IMG/VR virus record: IMGVR_UViG_3300037487_001184
Coordinates: 60,230-124,229 of that record
DNA: 64,000 nt
Origin: a virus
Strand: one strand, 5' to 3'
The notes below the pieces were generated by a model. It was not told the origin of the DNA. It saw only the letters and a program-made list of their open reading frames with translations, and did no database searches. Shown here piece by piece: positions 48,241 through 57,543 of this stretch. Position numbers and translations under genes: made by a program. Numbering within the stretch: position 1 is the first letter of the stretch; each line of letters opens with the position of its first letter.

Positions 48241-48987
48241 ATGAATTACGCGACTGGGCTTTCTGCTATTCAGAGAGCAAAAGATGAACGGATCAAAACT
48301 AACAAAATGAGGGAGCGGAGTGGTATTAGGAGATACCGACTCAAGAGAGGGGAGCGCGGAGTAATCACATTTATTGATGTGCCTACCGCGGGCGCGTACG
48401 AACACTCGATTAAGAACAGCAACGGGTTCTACGAGCCCGTGTGGTGTTCGAATAACGAGAATAACGAGGGCGACTGTCCGCATTGCGCGACCGGCGTATC
48501 GAGAAGTTACGTGCTGGTTGGGACAGTTATTAACCATAACAAGTATCCATCCAAAGACGGCACAAAGGAGTATAAGGACCAGAAACAGTATATTGTGTTG
48601 AAGGGTGCTGGGCAACAGGCCATGCTGGAGTTTCTTGATCCAGAAAGTCCTGAGTACATTAATGTGCAGTTTACTGCCTTTCGTGTTACGCGCCCAGATG
48701 AGCAGACAGCTTGCGCGTGCGGTGAGATTTTCCACCCTAAAGGCAAGATTTCACCTGCTAAGCTTAAGGCACTTGCCCCGGAAGGAACAGACCAGGACGA
48801 GTTCATTAAACCGCTTGACTACACTGCTATCATCGATACGATAGATGAGTCTACACCTTTTAAATCTGCTGGCATCGGTGCTAATGATGACCCCTTTGAT
48901 GACTTGAGGGAGGACGAAGAGGCGGAAGGCACAGATGAAGCTGGAGAGGATGAGAAGGAAGACGAAACTGTGGAGAGCCTTTTCTAA
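48241..48987 (+). CDS. Single-stranded DNA-binding protein (gp32-like)
   Basis: EH..C..DCPHC metal ligands, FRVTR, strongly acidic C-terminal tail ending in F. Confidence 0.75.
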   Translation: MNYATGLSAIQRAKDERIKTNKMRERSGIRRYRLKRGERGVITFIDVPTAGAYEHSIKNSNGFYEPVWCSNNENNEGDCPHCATGVSRSYVLVGTVINHNKYPSKDGTKEYKDQKQYIVLKGAGQQAMLEFLDPESPEYINVQFTAFRVTRPDEQTACACGEIFHPKGKISPAKLKALAPEGTDQDEFIKPLDYTAIIDTIDESTPFKSAGIGANDDPFDDLREDEEAEGTDEAGEDEKEDETVESLF

Positions 48988-50354
48988 TGTGGAACTCCTG
49001 CATAGTATCTAGTAGCATATTCGTGGATAAAGCAGAACTTGGGCATAAACTGCCAGTATTGCGGGATTCACTTACATTCCGCAGCAAATTCGATGCTTCT
49101 GCAGAAATTCCAATCTATGAAACGACAGATACTATGTTTGGATTCCCCAGACACCACTTCCCACTGACGAACAAGCTTGCTCGAAACATGATTGATAGGC
49201 GCTCAGTGGGAAGTCCTATAAATTTCAATTCAAAAGAAGCATTTCATCTCTGGGATTACCAAGAACAACTACTTAAAGAATTTAATGCACACACAGATAA
49301 AGGAGGGACAGGATTCTTCTTAGAGGCAGCTCCTGGATCTGGTAAGACTATCTGTGCTATAAAGTTTATACAATCCCTTGGTAAGACCGCGTTAGTAGTG
49401 GTCCCAAAATCAGACCTAGTTTTACAATGGATAGATAGAATAGTATCGAGTACCGATATTGATCGTATTAGAATAGCGACCGCTCAAAACGGTAAGCTAG
49501 ATGATAATTGGGATAGTGCTTACATAGTTATAGCTCTTGTGCATACATTAGCACTTGATAGATTCGGAGAGGATTTCAAGAACTATTTCGGAACTGTAGT
49601 TTTTGATGAGGTTGATTCCTCAGTTCCCCCAGCAACATTCGCTCCTGTAGTTGGACTATTCCCGGCAAAATACCGAATTGGGATTACAGCTACCAGGTAC
49701 AGGAGCGATGGTCTCCACAAGATATTTGAGGAACATCTTGGACAGATATACTTAAAGGCTACATCAAGTAACACTTTGATGCCATCTGTTACACAGATTC
49801 AATATAATGCCCCCTCTGGGTATTTGAACCCGGACTTAGAGTTTAAGTTTAGAAGGGGTAAAGTTCTGACACTACTGAGTGATAATAAGGATAGAACTGC
49901 ACTCATAGCAAACCGCATAGCAAGGTTGTATGAAAGCGGCAGACAGACACTTGTGTTGTCGGACCGTAAAGAGCAGTTGTTATCTATGTGTGAGCAACTT
50001 ATTGAAACATACGACATTCCAGAAGCTGAAATTGGTTTTTTTATGCGAACTATGGAAGGGAAACAATTCAAGAAGGAATACACAAAAAATGTATTAGAGA
50101 ACTGTAAGATAATCTTAGGAACATACGGTATGGGTTCTCGTGGCACTGATATCCCAAGACTAGATGCCCTAGTTCTAGCCACACCACAAACCAAGATGCT
50201 TCAGATATCAGGTAGAATCGAACGGTTCTTAGATGGTAAGAAGACTCCTGTAATAATAGACGTAGTTGATAATTTTTATGAAGATTTGCGCGTCTCTGGT
50301 TATGCTAGATTGAAATATTATAGGGGGAGGGGGATGCAGATTACATATGAATGA
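48987..50354 (+). CDS. Superfamily 2 DNA helicase
   Basis: LWDYQ, APGSGKT, FDEVD, GITAT..RSDG, GTDIPRLD, QISGRIER. Confidence 0.9.
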   Translation: MWNSCIVSSSIFVDKAELGHKLPVLRDSLTFRSKFDASAEIPIYETTDTMFGFPRHHFPLTNKLARNMIDRRSVGSPINFNSKEAFHLWDYQEQLLKEFNAHTDKGGTGFFLEAAPGSGKTICAIKFIQSLGKTALVVVPKSDLVLQWIDRIVSSTDIDRIRIATAQNGKLDDNWDSAYIVIALVHTLALDRFGEDFKNYFGTVVFDEVDSSVPPATFAPVVGLFPAKYRIGITATRYRSDGLHKIFEEHLGQIYLKATSSNTLMPSVTQIQYNAPSGYLNPDLEFKFRRGKVLTLLSDNKDRTALIANRIARLYESGRQTLVLSDRKEQLLSMCEQLIETYDIPEAEIGFFMRTMEGKQFKKEYTKNVLENCKIILGTYGMGSRGTDIPRLDALVLATPQTKMLQISGRIERFLDGKKTPVIIDVVDNFYEDLRVSGYARLKYYRGRGMQITYE

Positions 50355-50363
50355 GGTTAAGAA

Positions 50364-50657
50364 ATGGTAAAAAAAGTAGAGAAACAAGAAGGTACTGTTA
50401 CGGTATCCAAAACAATACTAAAACAGACAACACAGAAGCAAGAAAAAATAGAGATACGTCCCTTCGTAACTGACGCTACTGCCTCAGTGGGCATTAGATT
50501 AGACAGGACACTGAACATAGGTAATTTCGAAAGCATAAAACTAGGCGTTAGTCTTACAGTTCCATGTTATATGGAGGAGGTAGTAGATGTGTTTCACCAA
50601 ACAATAAAACTAACAAAAGAGCTGATGGAAGAACAGCTTGAAAAGCTGGAGGCATAA
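50364..50657 (+). CDS. Hypothetical protein
   Basis: RTLNIGNFESIKLGV motif common in phage replication regions; GAGG RBS. Confidence 0.7.
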   Translation: MVKKVEKQEGTVTVSKTILKQTTQKQEKIEIRPFVTDATASVGIRLDRTLNIGNFESIKLGVSLTVPCYMEEVVDVFHQTIKLTKELMEEQLEKLEA

Positions 50658-51754
50658 TGCTCTTAAATGAAGTGGCGGAACAATATAATAAAACATATGG
50701 CGAGAACACCTGTGTTCCAGGTACTCAAATTCTTCCACACATAGATAGACTTCCAACTGGGATATTCTCTCTAGATTTTGCTTTGTGTGGCGGATTACCT
50801 ATGAATCAAATGGTCTGCTTTAGGGGTCCAGAATCTGGAGGTAAAACATCTACTGCTATTAGTACCGCTGCAAATGCAGCTAGAATGTGCTGGAGGTGTA
50901 TGAAAATTGAGTGTGAATGCTCGCAGCCCCCCCTTCATATGAAAACTCTCTGGTTGGATGTAGAGGGTTCCTTCGATAAACAATGGGCAACAGATTTAGG
51001 GTTAGATGAAGAAAGTTATGTCATTGCTACCGCTGAAGACTTGGAGCAGTATGTTGATATTGCTACGGCTGCTATACGCGCAGAGGATGTAGGATTGATA
51101 GTGGTAGATTCAGTAGCCGCGTTAGTGCCGTCTAAGATTATGGAAGGCTCATCCTACAGTAACTATATGGGTGTTAATCCTAGAGCAGTAAAGGATTTTG
51201 TCAGAAGGCTTAACCCGGTGCTTATTAGAGAGGGCTTCAAAGGGCACCCTGTCGTAGTGATACTTACAAATCAAGTCATGTTTCTAGTTGGAGAACTGTT
51301 CAAGAATCCAGAGAGTATGCCTGGAGGAGAAGCGTTAAAACACTTCACTTCTTTATGGGTAAGATTCTCTAAGAAGGCACTGACAGACTCTGAAAAGAAA
51401 CAGAGAGATGAGAGTAGAAAAGTCTCATTGGTGCAGAGACATTCTTTCACTGTAGAAAGACAAAAGGTTACAATTCTAGCTGGAGGTGGCGAATTTGTAA
51501 GGTGTAAAGAACCCATAAGAGATGAAGAGGGCAACATTGAATTTAGCAGAGGAGAACTATTAGAATACACAACTGTCATAAAACAAGCTAAAACCTATAA
51601 CCTTCTTTTACCAGAAGGGGCAAAGTGGCGAATTGGAAGCACAGTCGGTACACAGAAAGAGATAAAGGAGTTTTGGAGAGCTAACCCCGGTGCATACCTT
51701 ACGGCTCAGAGGGAAATAATAGAAAAAGCCAAACTGGAGATATTCCATGCCTGA
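50657..51754 (+). CDS. recA: RecA/UvsX-like recombinase
   Basis: PTGIFSLDFALCGGLP, GPESGGKTS, LDVEG, IVVDSVAALVP, TNQ, PGGEALKH. Confidence 0.9.
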   Translation: MLLNEVAEQYNKTYGENTCVPGTQILPHIDRLPTGIFSLDFALCGGLPMNQMVCFRGPESGGKTSTAISTAANAARMCWRCMKIECECSQPPLHMKTLWLDVEGSFDKQWATDLGLDEESYVIATAEDLEQYVDIATAAIRAEDVGLIVVDSVAALVPSKIMEGSSYSNYMGVNPRAVKDFVRRLNPVLIREGFKGHPVVVILTNQVMFLVGELFKNPESMPGGEALKHFTSLWVRFSKKALTDSEKKQRDESRKVSLVQRHSFTVERQKVTILAGGGEFVRCKEPIRDEEGNIEFSRGELLEYTTVIKQAKTYNLLLPEGAKWRIGSTVGTQKEIKEFWRANPGAYLTAQREIIEKAKLEIFHA

Positions 51755-52211
51755 TGTTGTTTGTTCTACATGCTCTAAAATGTCTGATGTGGATAATAAA
51801 GACTGGAAGTTGATAGACCCAACATCTGCATACTTCTGCTCTAGCGACTGTCTTCTAAAAGCCATTTACAGAAACAAGCCAAGAGACAGGTTCTTATTTA
51901 ACATGCAGACTATCAGAACCGGTACCTATTACTCAAAAAAACTAAAAACATTCTTTATGTCTAAGTATGAAGAAACTGTAGCATTGTTTTTAGCGGCTCA
52001 CGATATATGGTATCAATATGAAGCTTATTGGTTCCCTATAGTTAAAACTATTTACATTCCAGATTTCTACCTTCCAGACTATGGGTGTTTTCTTGAGGTT
52101 AAAGGGGCTTATGGTATCGGTTCGAAAAACAAATTAGCTTTATTTAGAATAGCGTATCCAGATGAAACATTATTCACAATATCCTGGCACATGAGGCATA
52201 TGTTCTCATGA
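51747..52211 (+). CDS. PD-(D/E)xK endonuclease with N-terminal Zn finger
   Basis: CSTC..FCSSDC; SKYE, WYQYE, YIPDFYL..FLEVKG. Confidence 0.8.
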   Translation: MPDVVCSTCSKMSDVDNKDWKLIDPTSAYFCSSDCLLKAIYRNKPRDRFLFNMQTIRTGTYYSKKLKTFFMSKYEETVALFLAAHDIWYQYEAYWFPIVKTIYIPDFYLPDYGCFLEVKGAYGIGSKNKLALFRIAYPDETLFTISWHMRHMFS

Positions 52212-53059
52212 GTCTACTTACAGAACCAACCATGTTAAATGAACAGGAGCCTTCGTCTAACATACTTAGCATTAATACTGTACGTAATGTACAAAAGCTT
52301 CACTATCCAAGAGCCTCTAGTTTATATAGTGCGTGCATTAGGCAACTAGTCATTGGTACTGCTAAGAAACTAGAGAGAACCGAGATAGTGGGCTTTAGTA
52401 GACAACTCACCTTTGATATTGGTTCTGCGGTTCATAGTTGGATACAAAACAGTGATTCTTATTTTGGTGTTCAGCGAAGGGGAGTGTGGGAATGCACTGC
52501 TTGTGGAAAAGAGAGAATATTTGGAAAGCCCCCCACGCTACCGTGCAAGAGGTGCGGGGCAGATGTGGCGGCATCAAGATACAAGGAAGTCACTTTATTA
52601 ATGCACTCCCCTTATTGCCTAACAGGACATCCTGATTTGTTTATAGAACCTATAGAAGCGCCGGGAAAGATAAGAGTCGTAGAATTGAAAACTATGAACG
52701 GTGACAAGTTTTCAAAATTACTCACACCATTAGTCGAACATGTCTGGCAGATTCAAACATATATGTGGGCTTGTCATAAAATGGCGTTTGAGATGTCTGT
52801 GCGAATAGATGATAGCTGTGGCTACATTGCTTATATATCCAAAAAAGAGACGCAGGGTGAACTTCCTATCAAAGTGTTCCCAGTAATGAAAGACGAGCGC
52901 ATACTAACTGAGATAAAAACTAAATTAAGGTTATACGGAAATTCTATGAAAAGTAAGACCTTACCACCACCAGATCACGATTGCGAGAGAACCAAGTACA
53001 CTAGCTGGAAAGCTAGAAACTGCCCTTGCGTGAAATTTTGTATCCGGGCTAAAACTTGA
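52208..53059 (+). CDS. Cas4-like PD-(D/E)xK exonuclease
   Basis: ASSL..CIRQ, GSAVH, GHPD, VELKT, QIQTYM, C-terminal Cys cluster. Confidence 0.8.
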   Translation: MSLLTEPTMLNEQEPSSNILSINTVRNVQKLHYPRASSLYSACIRQLVIGTAKKLERTEIVGFSRQLTFDIGSAVHSWIQNSDSYFGVQRRGVWECTACGKERIFGKPPTLPCKRCGADVAASRYKEVTLLMHSPYCLTGHPDLFIEPIEAPGKIRVVELKTMNGDKFSKLLTPLVEHVWQIQTYMWACHKMAFEMSVRIDDSCGYIAYISKKETQGELPIKVFPVMKDERILTEIKTKLRLYGNSMKSKTLPPPDHDCERTKYTSWKARNCPCVKFCIRAKT

Positions 53060-53084
53060 CAAACATAAAAAAGCATGGTATAAT
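53056..53084 (+). promoter_or_regulatory. Consensus sigma70 promoter
   Basis: TTGACA-17 nt-TATAAT with extended TG. Confidence 0.85.
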
Positions 53085-53120
53085 GACAACTAAGCTAGAG
53101 AATTACTTGAGGGAGGTTAG

Positions 53121-53495
53121 ATGAGCACTGCCAGATCCAGAATCAGCAAGGGTCGCGCGTTTCAAAAAAGTATTATGCTTTTGATAAAGCAGTGCTTCAA
53201 TCTAGACGATGACGATTTACGCAATCCAGTGGGTGCGGAGAATGGACCAGATGTAATCCTCAATAACAAAAAAACCCGTGACCTAGTAGGCTTGACTATA
53301 GAGTGTAAGAACCAGAAGAGTCTTTCAATCTGGAGCGCGTTAGAGCAGACTAAAGACAATCAGAAAAAGTATTATCCAGATACAACGCCAGCGTTAATAT
53401 TTCACCGATCACAGATGGGAAATAGGGATGTCTGGATAACTGTGCCGCTTACTCATTATCTTGAGTTAAGACAGAAGATTGACGTGGACTGTTAA
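53121..53495 (+). CDS. Holliday junction resolvase-like nuclease (Hjc-type fold)
   Basis: SKGRAFQ, GPDVIL, IECKNQ..IWSALEQ, PALIFHR. Confidence 0.75.
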   Translation: MSTARSRISKGRAFQKSIMLLIKQCFNLDDDDLRNPVGAENGPDVILNNKKTRDLVGLTIECKNQKSLSIWSALEQTKDNQKKYYPDTTPALIFHRSQMGNRDVWITVPLTHYLELRQKIDVDC

Positions 53496-55065
53496 TATGG
53501 CTAATATTGTAGATTATCTTAGAGCCGGAAACCCGTGTTTGTTTTTACCATCTGCAGAGGAGATGTCTGTGGAGGAGACGGTGAAGACTGCACTTAAGGA
53601 ACTCGAAGATGAAGGCAAGGAGCCCACCGATTATGCAGTCTGGAGAGTTACAACAGGATTAAGGATATATGCAGCCGGGCATTATGACAGCTTACCCAAA
53701 ACAGGACCTAAAGACTTAATCCCGTCGCTGCAAGAGATTGAGAAGAGCATCACTCCTCTGGTAGCAATATTCTTCAATGTCAGGTTCCATCTTGATAGTC
53801 CGGCTGTTGTGCAGCAGATAGCAGACACTGTTAATAAAGTGCGTTCTACTTTTTCTGCAGTAATACTAGCCGGTCCATATATAGAACTCCCCCCGGAGCT
53901 TCACGACGTAGTGACCTTCTGTGATTTTCCCCTACCAACACAGAAGCAACTGGAACAACAGTTTACTACTCTAATTAAAGAGTATCTACCCGATTTAACC
54001 AACTTTCCAGCCTCTGCTCCTGAACGCAGAGCTAAAATAAAGAAGGCTGCTATGAACGCAGCCGGACTTACTGCATTAGCTGCCGAGAACGCGTTATCTC
54101 TATCCCTATCAATGACCGGAGGGGTAGATACAAACATAATCCAGCAGCAAAAAGAACAGGATATCCGAAAGAGCGATATCCTTGAATATATATCAACTTC
54201 AGAGTCAATATCCACACTTGGTGGGTTTAGAGCACTGAAGTCATGGCTACAACGAAGGAAGGCTGGGTTTACTGATGAGGCTAGAGAGTTTGGACTATCT
54301 TACCCTAAAGGAATTCTATTGGTAGGAGCCGGGGGAGTTGGTAAGACACTTTGTGGTAAAGTAGCAGCCGCTTATCTGGAGCTTCCATTATTACGGTTAG
54401 ATATGGGACGTGTGTATTCAGCTTATGTTGGGTCCAGTGAGGCGCGTATCAGAAGTGCTTTGAAGATAGCAGAGGCAGTTTCACCATGTCTCTTATTGGT
54501 CGATGAACTTGAAAAGGGTTTGGCTGGACTTCAGGGTTCAGGAACTTTTGATTCGGGTGTAACGGCTAGAGTTATAGCTACGCTTTTGACATGGAGGCAG
54601 GAGACAACGAAGCCAGTGTTCCTGGTAGGCACTGTGAACGATCCTTCTAAATTACCACCTATGGTATACCGACGCGGCAGGTTCGATGAGATATGGTCTG
54701 TAGGGCTTCCTGATGCGGAGGAGCGCGTAGAGATACTTGGCATACATCTTACTAAACGAAAACAAGACCCGGCTCTGTTTGATTTGGTTTTTCTTGCTAA
54801 CAGGAGCAATGGTTACACCGGGGCAGAACTTGAGTCTTGTATAGAAGATGCGATGTTTACAGCTTTCTCAGGTGGTAAGAGGTTAGAGACAGAGCATATC
54901 ATGTATTCCATTCAAAGCACTAAACCACAGTCTAACATAGACAATGAAGAGGCACAGCAACTAGCCGAGTGGATGCATCAACGCGCTAGATCAGTATCAA
55001 TGGTGTCAGATTACAATGTAATGCCGCTACGAAAGGGAGAAAAAGATGTTAAAAACAAAAAATAA
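53479..55065 (+). CDS. AAA+ ATPase (Ycf46-like)
   Basis: LGGFRALKSWL, PKGILLVGAGGVGKT, LLRLDMG, LLLVDELEKG, RRGRFDE, GYTGAELE; the ATG at 53497 is a likely start. Confidence 0.85.
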   Translation: MTWTVNMANIVDYLRAGNPCLFLPSAEEMSVEETVKTALKELEDEGKEPTDYAVWRVTTGLRIYAAGHYDSLPKTGPKDLIPSLQEIEKSITPLVAIFFNVRFHLDSPAVVQQIADTVNKVRSTFSAVILAGPYIELPPELHDVVTFCDFPLPTQKQLEQQFTTLIKEYLPDLTNFPASAPERRAKIKKAAMNAAGLTALAAENALSLSLSMTGGVDTNIIQQQKEQDIRKSDILEYISTSESISTLGGFRALKSWLQRRKAGFTDEAREFGLSYPKGILLVGAGGVGKTLCGKVAAAYLELPLLRLDMGRVYSAYVGSSEARIRSALKIAEAVSPCLLLVDELEKGLAGLQGSGTFDSGVTARVIATLLTWRQETTKPVFLVGTVNDPSKLPPMVYRRGRFDEIWSVGLPDAEERVEILGIHLTKRKQDPALFDLVFLANRSNGYTGAELESCIEDAMFTAFSGGKRLETEHIMYSIQSTKPQSNIDNEEAQQLAEWMHQRARSVSMVSDYNVMPLRKGEKDVKNKK

Positions 55066-55822
55066 AAACAATCAGCAGAGTTCCGGGGAGGTAGTGGGGG
55101 GTGAGGCTGCACTCAGAGCCGAGATAATCACCATAAAGGATTCCATAGAGTCCGGGTTCCTAGTGCTGGCTCGTGACCTACATGAAGTGTTTATGGCTAA
55201 AATGTTTGTAGGGTGGGGGTTCCCTACATACGAGTCCTATATCAAGACAGAACTTGATTTCTCTTATAGGAAAGCCAAGTTTCTTACAGATATATGGCAG
55301 AAAGTTGAGGAGCTTGGGCTTTCACACGATAAGATAACAAAAATGGGTTGGTCTAAGGCTGTAGAACTCATTAAGGTGCTTACACCAGATAATGCTGACC
55401 TTTGGCTCGAAAAAGCAGGGGGCTTGTCTCTAGCTAAGCTTGAGGCAGCAGTTAAAGATGAACTAAACCGCACAGGTAATGACACGAAGCCTAAAGTGAA
55501 TATCATGACGTTTAAACTTGATGCTGCCGACGCTGGTATAGTTGGTGATGCTCTCACAGAAGCGAAACGGATTCACGACACAGACAATGACGTTTTAGCG
55601 TTATCTCAGATATGTGGTGAGTGGCTTATATTCAAAGGCAAGACTCCGGTTAGAACTTCCATCGAAGACTACATAGTGTTCCTGGAAAGGTCATTTGGAG
55701 TGCGCCTTGGGGTTGTTAATGCAGCAGAACCAGTGCCTAAGAAGAAGATGGTGAAAAAAGAAGAGCCGGTGTTCGACGACCTAGATGATAAAAGTATAGA
55801 TGATTTGCTGAGTGACGATTAA
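55046..55822 (+). CDS. Putative DNA-binding protein
   Basis: LARDLHEV..GWGFPTYESYIKTEL..SYRKA..GWSK pattern of DUF3102-like helical proteins. Confidence 0.55.
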   Translation: MLKTKNKNNQQSSGEVVGGEAALRAEIITIKDSIESGFLVLARDLHEVFMAKMFVGWGFPTYESYIKTELDFSYRKAKFLTDIWQKVEELGLSHDKITKMGWSKAVELIKVLTPDNADLWLEKAGGLSLAKLEAAVKDELNRTGNDTKPKVNIMTFKLDAADAGIVGDALTEAKRIHDTDNDVLALSQICGEWLIFKGKTPVRTSIEDYIVFLERSFGVRLGVVNAAEPVPKKKMVKKEEPVFDDLDDKSIDDLLSDD

Positions 55823-56550
55823 TGCTTTCTGTCCAAGATTACCTAACTGGTTTATACAGAGCTGTGCTGCGCGCTGACCCAGCCGTGGCAAAGCTCTGTC
55901 TTGGGCATCTGTGGAAAACGCTGAAAAACACCGATTATATAAAATGGAAACTTCTACTTCTTTGTTGCAGTTCATCTTACCACAATTTAGATGAGGCGCG
56001 CGCGTTACTGAGCAGCGACAAGCTTACTGGTAAGATGGCACTGGAGCTTGCTTACAATCTGTGCATGTTACCAAAAACCAGGGATGCTTTTGCATTAGCA
56101 TGGTTTACAAAAAAGGCGGGTACAATTGTACCCTATGAAGTAGCGTATTTCAAGGAAGCTTTGTTTCAACGAAATCCCCTAGAAGCACTTCCTTTTATTG
56201 GCAAGGGTCCAGTGCTTGGTCACGATGTAATCCTTTTCAAAGCCGCCTTGTTCCTACTGGAGAATAGGATACCAGTGGAGACACACTTTGTTGAGACCCC
56301 TGCGGTAGAGGCGGCTAAGATACTCCCATCATGGGCTACAGCGAAATTGGAGGATGTAGATATTGGTGATAATGCTGTTAATGAAGCATACTTTAATCTA
56401 TTTATAAGTGAGTATACTTACAATGTAGAGATAATAGAGCCTACAATACTACGATTAAAGACAACAGACAACTTACTTTGGACACAATACATGGCAACTA
56501 TATGTAATAGAGCTAACATGAGTCTGGAGGAGCTATGCAAACTAACATGA
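55822..56550 (+). CDS. Hypothetical protein
   Basis: 242-aa ORF with TAATG coupling; N-terminus weakly resembles the RarA C-terminal domain. Confidence 0.65.
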   Translation: MLSVQDYLTGLYRAVLRADPAVAKLCLGHLWKTLKNTDYIKWKLLLLCCSSSYHNLDEARALLSSDKLTGKMALELAYNLCMLPKTRDAFALAWFTKKAGTIVPYEVAYFKEALFQRNPLEALPFIGKGPVLGHDVILFKAALFLLENRIPVETHFVETPAVEAAKILPSWATAKLEDVDIGDNAVNEAYFNLFISEYTYNVEIIEPTILRLKTTDNLLWTQYMATICNRANMSLEELCKLT

Positions 56551-56777
56551 TTAAGAGACAGAGATGGTTTGGAGTGAGAGAAGAGGCTAAGGGTGTCAAG
56601 CTAGCTGGAACTGTGGAAGACTGGCTTGAAGTGAATAAAGATGATTTGGTGTATTGTGAGTCCCTTGGCGCAACCATTCACAAACGACATTGCACAAAGC
56701 ACGTATCTAAGCATGATAACGAGTATAAAGAGCGCAGAGTACTTACCTATTGTAAGAGTTGTCCAATATCCTCTTGA
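56535..56777 (+). CDS. Hypothetical Cys-containing protein
   Basis: 80-aa ORF, GGAGGAG RBS, C..C..CKSC. Confidence 0.6.
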   Translation: MQTNMIKRQRWFGVREEAKGVKLAGTVEDWLEVNKDDLVYCESLGATIHKRHCTKHVSKHDNEYKERRVLTYCKSCPISS

Positions 56778-56823
56778 CAAATGGCTGATAATGTGATTAA
56801 AAGGCGACAGAGGTGATTAACTA

Positions 56824-57543
56824 ATGGAAATAGAAGAAGTTCTTGAAAATAAAGAACTCATGTCAAATATCACGACTGTTGCTAAGGAAAGCACTATAAT
56901 TGGACGGTGGCTTCATGAAATACCAGACCATCTTCTAGCGGAGATATATCTAGACATGAGAGAGGGTGCCACATTTATTGAAATAATAGATAAGGTCCAA
57001 AAAGATTGGAGAATACTGTTTGACAGAAACTCCAGGTCTCTTATGGGTGACCTTGCAAACTTTAAGATGAAGGCACTTAATGATATCGCGCTTGTTGAAG
57101 CACAGTTAAAGAATGGTGAGCCTGGGGCACGCGAGATTAAAGATAAGCTTGAGAACCTGTCGGCAAGGATAGATGCTATGGGTAGATTAGGCTGGCTCGC
57201 AGATGTGCAGACAGCAAGGGTAGAGAAGTTTATAGCTATGGAAGATGTTGAAGGGAAGCCGCTTATAATCCTGAACGATACGATTAGGCAACTAAGCTCA
57301 ATCCTGGAAAAATATATCAAACTTGAGAATGATGTAGGTACAAGCAGAATTACATTCTCTGCAACAGGACAACCGTTAAAAGCATTCGCATTCGAAGCAC
57401 AAGATGATACAGATAAAATAATCTCAGCCACACGTAGACTTCTGGCTTTAACTGAAGAACGTGGGTTAGCAAACATAAAAGACGAAGCGATTGATGTGCC
57501 TGTCATTGAGGCTTCCTCACAGAAGGTAGTAGTCAATGCATAA
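56824..57543 (+). CDS. Putative terminase small subunit
   Basis: Helical protein overlapping the start of the large subunit. Confidence 0.5.
   Translation: MEIEEVLENKELMSNITTVAKESTIIGRWLHEIPDHLLAEIYLDMREGATFIEIIDKVQKDWRILFDRNSRSLMGDLANFKMKALNDIALVEAQLKNGEPGAREIKDKLENLSARIDAMGRLGWLADVQTARVEKFIAMEDVEGKPLIILNDTIRQLSSILEKYIKLENDVGTSRITFSATGQPLKAFAFEAQDDTDKIISATRRLLALTEERGLANIKDEAIDVPVIEASSQKVVVNA

Noticed and set aside
52208-53059. Cas4 as evidence of a CRISPR system
   Set aside because: It is a solo Cas4-like nuclease in a recombination operon, common in phages; no cas1, cas2 or array
56774-56803. Promoter upstream of the putative small terminase gene
   Set aside because: TTGACA is present but there is no convincing -10 box at 16-18 nt
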